This document shows positions 28,415 through 37,751 of a stretch of DNA of 64,000 nucleotides, one piece after another. Source of the stretch: an uncultured Candidatus Binatia bacterium (lineage in GTDB: Bacteria > Desulfobacterota > Binatia > UBA9968 > JAJDTQ01); assembly GCA_965204205.1 (NCBI GenBank), contig OZ241976.1, positions 1,935,293-1,999,292 of the forward strand. The letters are read 5' to 3'. The notes below the pieces were generated by a model. That model was given only the letters and a program-made list of their open reading frames with translations, was not told where the DNA came from and searched no databases. The position numbers and the translations under genes were made by a program. The first letter of the stretch is position 1; every line of letters begins with the position of its first letter.

Positions 28415-30841
28415 ATGGCTAACGGAAATCCGAACGAATACGTGGGTCTTGCCACCCGGAGCAAGGAGGGGCCGCGGCTCGCCACCGGACAGGGCCGTTA
28501 CACCGACGACTTCACCGAGCCGGGCATGCTGCAGGCGGTGTTCCTCCGGAGCCCCCACGCCCACGCGCGCATTCTCGGGGTGGATGCGCAGGCCGCCCTG
28601 AGCCGCCCCGACGTGTTCGCCGTCGTGACCCCCGAGGACATGAAACGGGACACCAAGCCGTTCCGTCCCGGACGCTACGCCGCCGGCCTCAAGAAGCCGA
28701 TAGCGGAGTACGCCGGCGCGGTGGACAAGGTCCGCTACGTGGGCGAGCCTGTGGGAGCGGTTGCGGCCAGGGACCGGAGCACGGCCGAGGACGTCCTCGA
28801 ATCCATCACCGTGGACTACGAGATCCTCCCCGCCAACACCGACGTGCACCAGGCCATGGCCGGCGAGGACGCCTCGGTCATCTACGAGGAGCTGGGCGCC
28901 AACCTGGCCTGGCAGGGCACCCTGGAATACGGCGACACGGAGAAGGCGTTCCGGGAAGCCGACCGGGTGGTGCGGGAGAACCTGAAGATCCACCGCTACA
29001 GCTCGACGCCGCTGGAGCCGCTGGCGTGCATCGCCTCCTACGACCGCTTCAGCCGCAAGCTCACGGTGCGCACCAACACCCAGGTGCCGGAGAACATCTA
29101 CGACGCGCTGCGGGACGCCCTCCAGCTCGACGACATCCGCGTCATCATCCCGGACATCGGCGGCGGCTTCGGCCAAAAGATCCACCTGATCCGGAAGTAC
29201 GTCGTCATCGTGGCGCTGCTGGCCATCAAGTCGGGCCGGCCGGTCAAGTGGATCGAGGACCGCAACGAGCACATGATGGCCGCGGGCCACGCCTGCGAGC
29301 AACACTTCGACGTCGAGGCCGCGGCGAAAAACGACGGCACGGTCACCGGCCTGCGCTTCAAGGAGATCGACGACGTCGGCGGCTCGGTGAGCACCCTCAC
29401 CATCCACTTCACCAACAAGCTCAACAACCTGAGCAACACCTACAAGGTCCAGAACATCCGGGCGGACGGCTACTCGGTGGTGACCAACCGCTGCCCGGTG
29501 ATCCCCAACCGCGGCATCGGCAAACCCGGCATGTGCTACATCTGGGAGCGCATCATCGACCGGGTGGCCCAGGACCTGGACATGGACCCCTCGGAGGTGC
29601 GCTTCAAGAACCTGGTGCAGCCCGAGCAGATGCCCTACACCACGCCCAACGGCAACGTCTACGACAGCGGCGACTATCCCGGCCTGCTGAAGCGGGCGCT
29701 GGAGAAGGTGGACTACCCGGCCCTCAAGGAAGAGCAGACGCGGGAGCGGGAGAACGGACGCTACCTCGGCATCGGCGTGGTCATCGGGGTGGAGCCCGGC
29801 GGGCGCAACGCCGCCCGCGACATGGCGATCTTCCCCGAGATGAAGGAGACGCCCGGGTCCGGGGGCATCAACGGCGCCACCATCAAGCTCGAAAAGAACG
29901 GCACCATCGCCCTCTACCTGGGCTCGCCCAACTGCGGCCAGGCCCACGAGACCACCACCGCGCAGGTGGCGGCCGGCATCCTCGGCGTGAGCCCCGACGT
30001 CATCAGCACCACCACCCCCTTCGACAGCGATATCGCGCCCTGGGGCGTGGCCGCCGCCAACAGCGGCAACAACTTCCACCTCTACGACATCGGCTCCATC
30101 ATCGGCGCCGCGACGCAGTTGCGGGAGAAGGTCCTCAAGGTGGCCGGCCACATCCTGGACGCCGAGCCGTCGGACCTGGAGATCGCCGACGGCGTGGTGA
30201 CCGTTCCGGGGTACCCACGCCGCAAGCTCACCTTCGCGGAGCTCGGCAAGGCCGCCTACAACAACCAGTCGCTGCTGCCCGAGGGCATCGACGCCGGACT
30301 CCAGACGACCTTCTACTACACCTTCCCGCACGCCCAGCCCAACCTGGTGCCGGGCAAGGACCGCCGCGTGCGCGCCCAGTTCACCTTCGGCGCCGGCGCC
30401 CACGTGGCGATCGTGGAGGTGGACCCGCGCACCGGCAAGGTCGAGGTGCTGCGCTACCTCATCGTGGGCGACAACGGCACCATCATCCATCCCGACGTGG
30501 TGGACGGGCAGATCTACGGCTCCGCCGCCCATGGCATCGCCGTGGCCCTGGGCGAGGGCTTCGTCTACGACGACGAAGGGCAGCTCCTCACCATCACCCT
30601 AACCGACTACGGCAAGTGCTCCACCGCCGAGACCCCGAACATCGAAGTGGAACACGCGCCCTCGCCCTCGGCGTTCACGCCACTGGGACAGAAGGCCGCC
30701 GGCGAAGGGGCCGCCATCCCCTCCCCCGCCGCCATCGCCAGCGCGGTGGAGAACGCCCTGGAGCCCTTCGGCGTCAAGGTCCGCGATCTGCCGCTGACGC
30801 CCGAGCGGGTGTGGCAACTGATTCAGGAGGCCCAGGCATGA
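28415..30841 (+). CDS. Xanthine dehydrogenase family molybdopterin-binding large subunit (CoxL/CutL-like, not form I CODH)
   Basis: RSPHAHA, IGGGFGQK, PNRGIG active-site loop, GQAHETT, KAAGE. Confidence 0.92.
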   Translation: MANGNPNEYVGLATRSKEGPRLATGQGRYTDDFTEPGMLQAVFLRSPHAHARILGVDAQAALSRPDVFAVVTPEDMKRDTKPFRPGRYAAGLKKPIAEYAGAVDKVRYVGEPVGAVAARDRSTAEDVLESITVDYEILPANTDVHQAMAGEDASVIYEELGANLAWQGTLEYGDTEKAFREADRVVRENLKIHRYSSTPLEPLACIASYDRFSRKLTVRTNTQVPENIYDALRDALQLDDIRVIIPDIGGGFGQKIHLIRKYVVIVALLAIKSGRPVKWIEDRNEHMMAAGHACEQHFDVEAAAKNDGTVTGLRFKEIDDVGGSVSTLTIHFTNKLNNLSNTYKVQNIRADGYSVVTNRCPVIPNRGIGKPGMCYIWERIIDRVAQDLDMDPSEVRFKNLVQPEQMPYTTPNGNVYDSGDYPGLLKRALEKVDYPALKEEQTRERENGRYLGIGVVIGVEPGGRNAARDMAIFPEMKETPGSGGINGATIKLEKNGTIALYLGSPNCGQAHETTTAQVAAGILGVSPDVISTTTPFDSDIAPWGVAAANSGNNFHLYDIGSIIGAATQLREKVLKVAGHILDAEPSDLEIADGVVTVPGYPRRKLTFAELGKAAYNNQSLLPEGIDAGLQTTFYYTFPHAQPNLVPGKDRRVRAQFTFGAGAHVAIVEVDPRTGKVEVLRYLIVGDNGTIIHPDVVDGQIYGSAAHGIAVALGEGFVYDDEGQLLTITLTDYGKCSTAETPNIEVEHAPSPSAFTPLGQKAAGEGAAIPSPAAIASAVENALEPFGVKVRDLPLTPERVWQLIQEAQA

Positions 30842-31695
30842 TCCCCGGCGCGTTCGACTACCACGCACCCGCCTCCCTGGAAGAGGCGCTGTCACTCCTG
30901 TCCGCCAACGTGGACGACGCCAAGGTCCTGGCCGGCGGCCAGAGCCTGCTGCCGCTGATGAAGCTTCGGCTCGCCAAGCCCGAGGTCATCATCGACATCG
31001 GCGGCCTCGCCGAACTGAGCTACATCCGCGAGGACGGCGACCACATCGCCATCGGCGCGCTGGCCACCTACACCGACCTGGCCGAATCCGAACTGATCCT
31101 CAACCGCTGCCCGCTGCTGGCGCAAACCGCGGTGGTGGTGGGCGACGTCCAGGTACGCAACCGCGGCACCGTCGGCGGCGGACTGGCCCACGCCGACCCC
31201 GCCGAGGACCTGCCCGCCGCCATCCTGGCCCTGGACGCAGAACTCAAGGCCGCCGGCCCCGACGGCGAACGCTGGATTCCCGCGAGCGAGTTCTTCATCA
31301 CCATGCTCACCACCACCCTCATGCCCGAGGAGTTGCTGACCGAGATCCGGGTGCCCGCGCGTGACGGCTACAAGTCCGCCTACCAGAAGGCATCCCGGCA
31401 GGCTGCCGGCTTCGCCATCGTCGGCGTCGCCGTGTGCCTCAAGGAGTCCGCGGACGGCGTCTGCGAGGACATCGCCATCGGCGTCACCGGCGTGGGCGAC
31501 GTGGCTTACCGGGCGGAAAAGGTGGAAGAGGCGCTGCGCGGCCAGAAGCTCGACGGCAACACCATCGCAACCGCCGCCGCGCTGGTCACCGAAGGCGTCG
31601 ACCCCATCGAGGACGTCAACGCCACCCCCGCCTACCGCTCGCACTTGGCACAGGTGTACGTGGAGAGGACGATTCAGGCCGCACGGGAGGGGTGA
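30838..31695 (+). CDS. Xanthine dehydrogenase family FAD-binding medium subunit (CoxM/CutM-like)
   Basis: AGGQSLLP.MKLRL, VRNRGTVGG..AHADP; ATGA overlap with the large subunit. Confidence 0.93.
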   Translation: MIPGAFDYHAPASLEEALSLLSANVDDAKVLAGGQSLLPLMKLRLAKPEVIIDIGGLAELSYIREDGDHIAIGALATYTDLAESELILNRCPLLAQTAVVVGDVQVRNRGTVGGGLAHADPAEDLPAAILALDAELKAAGPDGERWIPASEFFITMLTTTLMPEELLTEIRVPARDGYKSAYQKASRQAAGFAIVGVAVCLKESADGVCEDIAIGVTGVGDVAYRAEKVEEALRGQKLDGNTIATAAALVTEGVDPIEDVNATPAYRSHLAQVYVERTIQAAREG

Positions 31696-31709
31696 GGTCG
31701 CAGCATGTG

Positions 31710-32036
31710 TCATGCCTGAAATAGACGCCGCTGCAGCAGCGCTTGCATGTCACGCCGCCCGTCGGCGATCAGGTCCACGTAGACGTTGTCTCCCATCACC
31801 CGGTAGATGATACGGTAGGGCTTAAAGAAAACCTCGCGATACTCCCTGATCCCGATCTCGACCAATTCCTTGGGATAGCGTCCGCGATGGGGATAGTCAG
31901 CCAGACTGGCAAACGCCTTTTCGAGACGGTCCAGAACGTGGTCTGCGCGCCGCGGGCCGTCGTGCCGCCCGATGTAGTCGTCGATCTCCTCCAGGTCGCG
32001 AGCCGCATTCCGGGTGAGGTGGACCTTGAAGCGCAT
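31710..32036 (-). CDS. Type II toxin, RelE/ParE family
   Basis: A.RDLEEI.DYI, YREVFFKPYRIIYR, DGRRDM; coupled to the upstream antitoxin. Confidence 0.88.
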   Translation of the reverse strand: MRFKVHLTRNAARDLEEIDDYIGRHDGPRRADHVLDRLEKAFASLADYPHRGRYPKELVEIGIREYREVFFKPYRIIYRVMGDNVYVDLIADGRRDMQALLQRRLFQA

Positions 32037-32311
32037 CAGGTGGTTCGCCGCCGCTCTCGGAGTCGTGCGACGACTTCCGTGGCGGGCTGCACCTGACCTG
32101 CCTCGATCTGGCTGGTGCCCAACGCCAGAATCTTGAGCAGAGCAACCGTCTCCTGCATCTGTTCGTAACTGTCGATACCCTGAAGAACCGCCTTGGCCTC
32201 ACCGTTCTGGGTGATGATCAAGGGCTCTCCCCGGTCATCTAGCGTTCGCACGATCTCGGCTGCGTGGGACTTGAGGTAACTGATCGGTTTGATCTGACCA
32301 GATAGCTTCAT
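32036..32311 (-). CDS. Type II antitoxin, Phd/YefM family
   Basis: IKPISYLK...PLIITQNGEAKAVL. Confidence 0.9.
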   Translation of the reverse strand: MKLSGQIKPISYLKSHAAEIVRTLDDRGEPLIITQNGEAKAVLQGIDSYEQMQETVALLKILALGTSQIEAGQVQPATEVVARLRERRRTT

Positions 32312-32326
32312 GACACGCCCTCCGTA

Positions 32327-32342
32327 GGACTAAATATAGACC
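32327..32342. promoter_or_regulatory. Candidate TA autorepression operator
   Basis: Imperfect palindrome GGACTAAATATAGACC just upstream of the antitoxin RBS. Confidence 0.45.
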
Positions 32343-32372
32343 GTAAACGGACCCTCCACAAGCATCCCGACC

Positions 32373-32996
32373 CTACACGCCCCGCAGACGGCCGGAAACG
32401 CTCAGCACCAAGGACGCCACACCGCAGGCGATCAGCACGCCGCCGAACACCACGGTGATCTTGCTGGTTCCGACGCTGGGGATGAAGACGAATACGGTTA
32501 CCAGGGTTCCGAGGACGTTCCCCATGGTGGAGACGCCATACACGGCCCCGGTGATGCGACCGCCGTACTCCAGTTCCTTGAGCAGCAGGCGAACGAAGAA
32601 GGGAGAGAGTGCGGCGAGAAGCGCCACGGGGAGAAACGTCAGCGCCACGGCGGCGACCATGGTGCCCCAGAAGTCATAGCCGGCGGACAGCATGATGGCT
32701 TCCATGACGCGGTTCGCCAGGAATGCCACGAGGATCAGGTAGACGCCGACAACCGAGAGCACGGTCGATACGATCCAGATTTCACGGGAGCGGTCGGCGA
32801 CGATGCCCCCCGCGGTGTAGCCTACCATCATGGCGAAAAGCACGACGGCAATCAGGCAGGCCCAGGTCGTGATGCCGCTGCCGAAGTAGGGATTGAGGTA
32901 CCGGCTCCCCAACATCTCGAAGCCCATGAGGGCGAAGCCGGAAAGAAAGATCAACAGGAACAGCCAGGCCGAACCGATCACGCGTCCCATCACCAC
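32373..32996 (-). CDS. Membrane domain of 'fused MFS/spermidine synthase' family, here stand-alone
   Basis: F.SGF.LMG.EMLGSR.L.PYFGS, G.VYG.STMGNVLGT; about 6 TM segments. Confidence 0.8.
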   Translation of the reverse strand: MVMGRVIGSAWLFLLIFLSGFALMGFEMLGSRYLNPYFGSGITTWACLIAVVLFAMMVGYTAGGIVADRSREIWIVSTVLSVVGVYLILVAFLANRVMEAIMLSAGYDFWGTMVAAVALTFLPVALLAALSPFFVRLLLKELEYGGRITGAVYGVSTMGNVLGTLVTVFVFIPSVGTSKITVVFGGVLIACGVASLVLSVSGRLRGV

Positions 32997-33928
32997 TTCC
33001 CCTTGATAAATTCGTCCAGCTTGCGATTGTGCCGCTTGATCGCCCGCAGCGATTCCACCGGCGCGAAATCGTCCGTGAGCGCGTCGGTGTCCGGCAGGCG
33101 TCCGACGCTGCGCCGTTGGGCGACCATTTCGCTCAACGGGTATTTGAAGCCGAACGTGCCGTCCAGCCTTGCGGCGGTTGACGCCAACCGTGCCTGTTCG
33201 CGCCTGGGCCCGTCATAGGCGATCATGACCACGTTGCCTCCGGCATCGTACAGGTCCACGTGGTCGAACACCTTGCCGATGGTGACGAGGGCGGCGTCGA
33301 ACATCATGGTGTTGGGCTCGACGTTCTGCGCCACCGCTCCGCCGGGCTTGAGGCGGGTCTTCACGAGCTCGTAGAACTCCGTGGTGAGCAGATGAAACGG
33401 CACGAAGGCACTCCGATAGGCATCGATCAGGATTACCGGCCACCGGGTCTTCCGCCTCATGATGTATCGCCGGCCGTCCTCGATGGAGACATGGAAGTTC
33501 CTTTCGAGCCGCACCCCGAAGTAACGCTTGGCCAGCTCGAAGACCTCCGGGTCGAGCTCCACCGAGGTGACTTCGAGGTCGGGCATGGTCCTGTGCAGGT
33601 ACCATGCGGTCCGGCCCCCGCCGAAGCCGATTTCGAGGATGCGATCCACCTCCCCCGCATAGGCGAGGACGGCGGTCATGTACCGTGTGTAGCGTGACGG
33701 GAGCGCGAACTCGTCGCGCGTGTCGTACACGGTCTCCGTGTAGAGCGCCCGGTTGTGTCCGAACGTCAACGTGATGATCGGACCTTCCTTGAACACGTAG
33801 ATGTTGTTGTAGACGGACTCGCGCTTGGCGATGAGAACGGGACCGGCCACCGCCGAGTGCGGTTCCGCGAAGATGAACAGCGCCAGTGCGGCGCACAATG
33901 CGCCAAGCGGTGCCGGTCTGAAGGTCAT
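32990..33928 (-). CDS. Spermidine-synthase-like SAM-dependent transferase with N-terminal signal peptide
   Basis: ESVYNNIYV, ILEIGFGGG, VELDPEV, EDGR, IDAY, PFHLLTTEFY, LTDDFAPVE. Confidence 0.82.
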   Translation of the reverse strand: MTFRPAPLGALCAALALFIFAEPHSAVAGPVLIAKRESVYNNIYVFKEGPIITLTFGHNRALYTETVYDTRDEFALPSRYTRYMTAVLAYAGEVDRILEIGFGGGRTAWYLHRTMPDLEVTSVELDPEVFELAKRYFGVRLERNFHVSIEDGRRYIMRRKTRWPVILIDAYRSAFVPFHLLTTEFYELVKTRLKPGGAVAQNVEPNTMMFDAALVTIGKVFDHVDLYDAGGNVVMIAYDGPRREQARLASTAARLDGTFGFKYPLSEMVAQRRSVGRLPDTDALTDDFAPVESLRAIKRHNRKLDEFIKGKW

Positions 33929-34296
33929 CCGGAAGACGTGGAAAGCTCCAGGCGGTTCCCGCTCGGGTCGATGACGTAGACGGAGTATCCTCCGTCGTCG
34001 TGGCGGCGGATCTCGCTCACCTTGGCGCCTCGGGCCTCGATCTCCTTGACGAAGTCCTCCGGCTCGCCCCGCGCGTCGATCTCGAAGGTGTGGTGGGGCA
34101 CCCGGGGATGGCGGTCCTTGGAGGCGTCGAAGACACCGAGGACGGCGCCGCCGAGATTGAGCCGGACGACGTCGACGCCGGCAACCACGTGTTTCTTGCG
34201 AACCGTGGCGCCCAGGACATCCTGGTAGAAGCTCACCGTCTTCTCGAGGTCCTCGGCGTTGAAGTTCCATGAACGGAATTGGGTCAGCTTGGACAT
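33925..34296 (-). CDS. VOC/glyoxalase family protein
   Basis: DLEKTVSFYQDVLG, HHTFEI, YVIDPSGNRLEL; AGGAGG RBS. Confidence 0.85.
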   Translation of the reverse strand: MSKLTQFRSWNFNAEDLEKTVSFYQDVLGATVRKKHVVAGVDVVRLNLGGAVLGVFDASKDRHPRVPHHTFEIDARGEPEDFVKEIEARGAKVSEIRRHDDGGYSVYVIDPSGNRLELSTSSG

Positions 34297-34319
34297 GTTG
34301 AACCTCCTCCTGCGCACAT

Positions 34320-35684
34320 TCATTCGACGCCCACAGCTTCGAACAGGGGATCCAGATTTTCAAGCTCGTCGAATCGCCACAGCCACTCCAGCAGGGTTGC
34401 CTGCCGTTCCCGGGACAGAACGCCCGTCGTCAGGCCAAGGAACTTCCGCTCCAGCTCCGCGTCCGTGAGCGGGTTCCGGCTGTGGCCCTTGGGGTAATCC
34501 GCGGCCCGGGTCAAACGGCGTCCTGAGCGCAGTTCGATCTCCATGCAGGCCCGCTGCCGGGCGGGATAGTCGCGGGTGGCCTCCGGGTCCTCGCTGACCT
34601 CCACCTTGCGCATGAGCGGCCGGAGCCGCGGATCGGCGATGCGCGACTCTTCGAAGCTGGCCGCGGTCACCGTGCCGTCCGTCAGGGCGGCAGCGACCAC
34701 GTACGGGAGACTATGGTCGGCGGTTTCTCGGGTCCTGGGGTCCCATTTCTCGGGCTCGCCGGCGGCGTTCCGAACGGCTACGCCATAAGTCCGGACTTGG
34801 ATGCGTTCGAGGTCATCGAGATCGAACTCGTCGCGCAGCTCCAGCGCCATGGCGGCGCCCGCCTGGGTGTGAATCTGCACGGGGAAGTACTTGATGCTGG
34901 TTTCGGTGAGCTTGAACGGCACCTCGGCCTTGGCGTCGCCGAATCGGCCCGGACGCAGCTCCCCGGTGACCTGCTCGAACAGCCCGTAGCGGCCCTCGAA
35001 GGGTTCCGGCGGCCCCTCCATCCCCGCCCGGGCCAGCAGCGCGGCAAACAGGCCGTTGCGCACGGCCATGGCCGTGGCGCAGCCCTTCCAGGTGGACAGC
35101 TCGCCCACACGGGTCTGGCCCAGCGGCACCTGGGACACCGCGGTCATGGACATGGCGTGGCCGAGCTGCTCTTCCGGCAGTCCCAGGACCTTGCCGGCGG
35201 CGCAGGCGCTGGCCGGACCGATGAAGAGGCCCTGGTCCCATCCCTTCTCGCGGGTGGCGAAACGGGCGGCGAACTGCCCGTAGATCTCGTAGGCCAGCAC
35301 CAGCGCCGTGATCACCGCGCGGCCGGAGGCGCCGGCCACCTCGGCCGCGGCCAGCACCGCCGGCAGCATGTCGCTGGGATGGCCTCCGCCCGGCGAGACG
35401 AAGCTGTCGTTGCAGTCCAGGTAGCGGATCATGGCGGTATTGGCGAAGGCCGCCATGTCGGGCGTGGTGGCCCGGCCGGTCCCGAGGATGCGCGCGGAGC
35501 CGCGGCCCTCCAACGCCGGCGCCAGACCGCGGGCGATGCGGCAAGGCTCGGCGCCAAAGCCCCCGAGAGCGCAACCCACCGAATCCAGTATCCGGCGTCG
35601 GGCCTCGTGAACCGTGCCGGGAGGCAGGTCCCGGTAGTCGAGGGAAGCGGCGTAGCCACTCAGAAATCGCGCGGTGGCATCCAT
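34320..35684 (-). CDS. MmgE/PrpD family protein
   Basis: RYLDCND..GHPSD, ETADHSLPY, PKGHSRNP. Confidence 0.9.
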   Translation of the reverse strand: MDATARFLSGYAASLDYRDLPPGTVHEARRRILDSVGCALGGFGAEPCRIARGLAPALEGRGSARILGTGRATTPDMAAFANTAMIRYLDCNDSFVSPGGGHPSDMLPAVLAAAEVAGASGRAVITALVLAYEIYGQFAARFATREKGWDQGLFIGPASACAAGKVLGLPEEQLGHAMSMTAVSQVPLGQTRVGELSTWKGCATAMAVRNGLFAALLARAGMEGPPEPFEGRYGLFEQVTGELRPGRFGDAKAEVPFKLTETSIKYFPVQIHTQAGAAMALELRDEFDLDDLERIQVRTYGVAVRNAAGEPEKWDPRTRETADHSLPYVVAAALTDGTVTAASFEESRIADPRLRPLMRKVEVSEDPEATRDYPARQRACMEIELRSGRRLTRAADYPKGHSRNPLTDAELERKFLGLTTGVLSRERQATLLEWLWRFDELENLDPLFEAVGVE

Positions 35685-35691
35685 GACGCGG

Positions 35692-36189
35692 TCAATCCCG
35701 TTCCCGGAGGGTGGCGAAGAAACGCTTCAGGATTTCCCCGCACCGTTCCCCCAGCACGCCTTCGGTCACGTCCACGCGATGGTTCAGGCGCGGATCGTCG
35801 CAGACCCGGTAGAGCGACCTCACGGCGCCGCCCTTGGGGTCCGGGCACCCGAACACCAGGCGCCGGACGCGGGCCTGGACGATGGCGCCGGCGCACATGA
35901 CGCAGGGTTCCAGGGTGACGTAGAGCGTGCAGTCGTCGAGCCGCCAGGACGTTCGCGTCCCCACCGCCTCCCTGATGGCCAGGATCTCCGCATGGCTCGT
36001 GGGGTCCGCCAGGGTTTCGCGCCGGTTGTGTCCGCGGCCGATCACTTCACCGTCGCATACCACCACCGCCCCGACAGGGACCTCTTCCTCCCTACGCGCC
36101 GCCTCGGCCTCGGCCAGCGCCCGCGCCATGAACGCCTCGTCGTCCCGCTCGGACGCCTGGTCCGCCACCGGAGTGTCCCCTCTGTTCAT
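35692..36189 (-). CDS. tadA: tRNA adenosine(34) deaminase
   Basis: EVPVGAV, DPTSHAE, VTLEPCVMCAGA, DPKGGA, RLNH. Confidence 0.93.
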   Translation of the reverse strand: MNRGDTPVADQASERDDEAFMARALAEAEAARREEEVPVGAVVVCDGEVIGRGHNRRETLADPTSHAEILAIREAVGTRTSWRLDDCTLYVTLEPCVMCAGAIVQARVRRLVFGCPDPKGGAVRSLYRVCDDPRLNHRVDVTEGVLGERCGEILKRFFATLRERD

Positions 36190-36224
36190 CCGGACATCAC
36201 GGGTCTTGTGTCGATGAGGTTCCG

Positions 36225-36692
36225 CTACGCCAGCTCCGCCAGGTCGTCGAGCACCTCCCGGGCGTGCTGCTCGGGCTTCACCTTCTCGTAGATCCTGGCG
36301 ATCTTGCCCTTGGGGTCGATGAGGAACGACATCCGGTACGTGCCCTCGTACTCCCTGCCCATGAACTTCTTCAATCCCCAGACGTCGTAAAGCCTCACCA
36401 CCTCCTTCTCCTCGTCGGCCAGCAACGGGTAGGGGAGCTGGTGCTTCTCGGCGAACTTGGCGTGGCTCTTGACCGGGTCGATGCTGATTCCCAAGACCGT
36501 GGCCCTGGCCTTTTCGAATTCGGCTATGTGGTCCCGCATACCGCGGGCCTCCTTGGTTCAGCCGGGGGTGGCGTCCTTGGGATAGAAGAACAGCAGCACC
36601 CACTTCCCCTGGTAGGCGGAGAGCTCGTGGAGTTGGCCGTGCTGATCCATCAGCCGGAAATCCGGCGCGTCGTCACCGGGCTTGTGCTTCAT
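36225..36692 (-). CDS. bcp: BCP/PrxQ peroxiredoxin with in-frame UGA at the peroxidatic residue (probable selenoprotein)
   Basis: Single frame of 155 codons plus stop: FFYPKDATPG-UGA-TKEARGMRD...; UGA at 36558-36560; SECIS-like hairpin downstream. Confidence 0.88.
36530..36549 (-). promoter_or_regulatory. Putative bacterial SECIS element
   Basis: GGCCCGC-GGUAU-GCGGG-A-CC stem-loop; G-initiated apical loop begins 16 nt after the UGA. Confidence 0.7.
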
Positions 36693-36831
36693 GGGTCGGG
36701 TTCCTTCCGGTCGCGTGTTCCCGGATGTTCTACAATGGCAGGCGGGCCGATGCCAAGCAGGCGGCGGCCGGTACGACCGGCTTGACACCACGGCGCGCCG
36801 GAGAGCAAAATCCGCATGTCCGCCGACGGCA

Positions 36832-36877
36832 CCCTTCGACGAGTTCGGGACAGGCGTAGCGAAGCGGAGTCGAAGGG
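36832..36877. repeat. Variant copy of the CCCTTCGAC...GTCGAAGGG dispersed hairpin repeat
   Basis: GCGTAGCGAAGCGGAGTCGAAGGG matches the reverse complement of the 18638 copy with 2 mismatches. Confidence 0.55.
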
Positions 36878-36947
36878 CCCGGACAGAGTCTTTCAACAAC
36901 CTGCCGAGGCGATGGGGGCTATTCGGACCGGAACGGGAGGAACTCGG

Positions 36948-37745
36948 ATGGAGATCGTACACAAGCCGCGAAGCTACGGCGAGCATACCGACCATTGGCT
37001 CGATTTCGAGGAGAGTCCTCGGCGCCTTCGGGTAAAATTCGGCGGCGAAACCCTCGTGGACACGAAACGCGCGATGCTGCTGCGGGAGGCGGGACACGTC
37101 CCGGTCTACTACTTTCCGCCGGACGACGTTCGCATGGAGTTCCTGACGCCCAGCGACCACCACACCCGCTGCTCCGTCAAGGGCGAGGCTTCCTACTGGG
37201 ACGTGTCCGCCGGAGGAAAGACGGCCGAGTCGGCCGCCTGGAGCTACGTCGACCCCCTGGCGCAGTCCCGGGATATCGCCGGGTACCTCTCCTTCTACTG
37301 GAACCGCATGGACGCCTGGTACGAGGAGGAGGACGAGATCTTCGTCCATGCCCGGGACCCCTACAAGCGGGTAGACGTGCTTCGGAGCTCCCGCCACGTG
37401 CAGGTGACCGTGGGCGGCGAGGTGGCGGCCGATTCCCGGCGGCCGCGGCTGGTGCTCGAGACCGGTCACCTGATCCGCTACTACCTGCCGCGGGAGGACG
37501 TGCGCACCGACCTGCTGGAGCCCAGCGACACCCGAACCCGCTGCCCCTACAAGGGGAGCGCCAACTACTGGTCGGTGAACGTCGGGGGCAAGACCTTCGA
37601 GGACACGGTCTGGAGCTACGAGGAGCCCATCCCCGAGTGCCCGAAGATCAAGGACCTGATGTGCTTCTTCAACGAAAGGGTGGACGCCATCCACGTGGAC
37701 GGCGAGCGGCTGGAGATCCCCAGGACCAAGTGGTCCCGGAAGTAG
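36948..37745 (+). CDS. Tandem DUF427 domain protein
   Basis: Two repeats of YY.P..DVR...L.PS...T.C..KG.A.YW; GGAGG RBS. Confidence 0.9.
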   Translation: MEIVHKPRSYGEHTDHWLDFEESPRRLRVKFGGETLVDTKRAMLLREAGHVPVYYFPPDDVRMEFLTPSDHHTRCSVKGEASYWDVSAGGKTAESAAWSYVDPLAQSRDIAGYLSFYWNRMDAWYEEEDEIFVHARDPYKRVDVLRSSRHVQVTVGGEVAADSRRPRLVLETGHLIRYYLPREDVRTDLLEPSDTRTRCPYKGSANYWSVNVGGKTFEDTVWSYEEPIPECPKIKDLMCFFNERVDAIHVDGERLEIPRTKWSRK

Positions 37746-37751
37746 GGCGGC

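Noticed and set aside
27788-31695. Aerobic CO dehydrogenase (coxMSL)
   Set aside because: Lacks the AYxCSFR Cu-binding loop and the M-S-L order
32990-34363. 457-aa fusion ORF in the track; likewise 22116-23864, 29026-31695 and 35692-36603
   Set aside because: The N-terminal parts are off-frame overlaps of upstream genes; the real starts are 33928, 23184, 30838 and 36189
36225-36692. bcp pseudogene caused by a nonsense mutation
   Set aside because: The only stop is a UGA exactly at the catalytic Cys with a SECIS-like hairpin and no other decay, so Sec is more parsimonious
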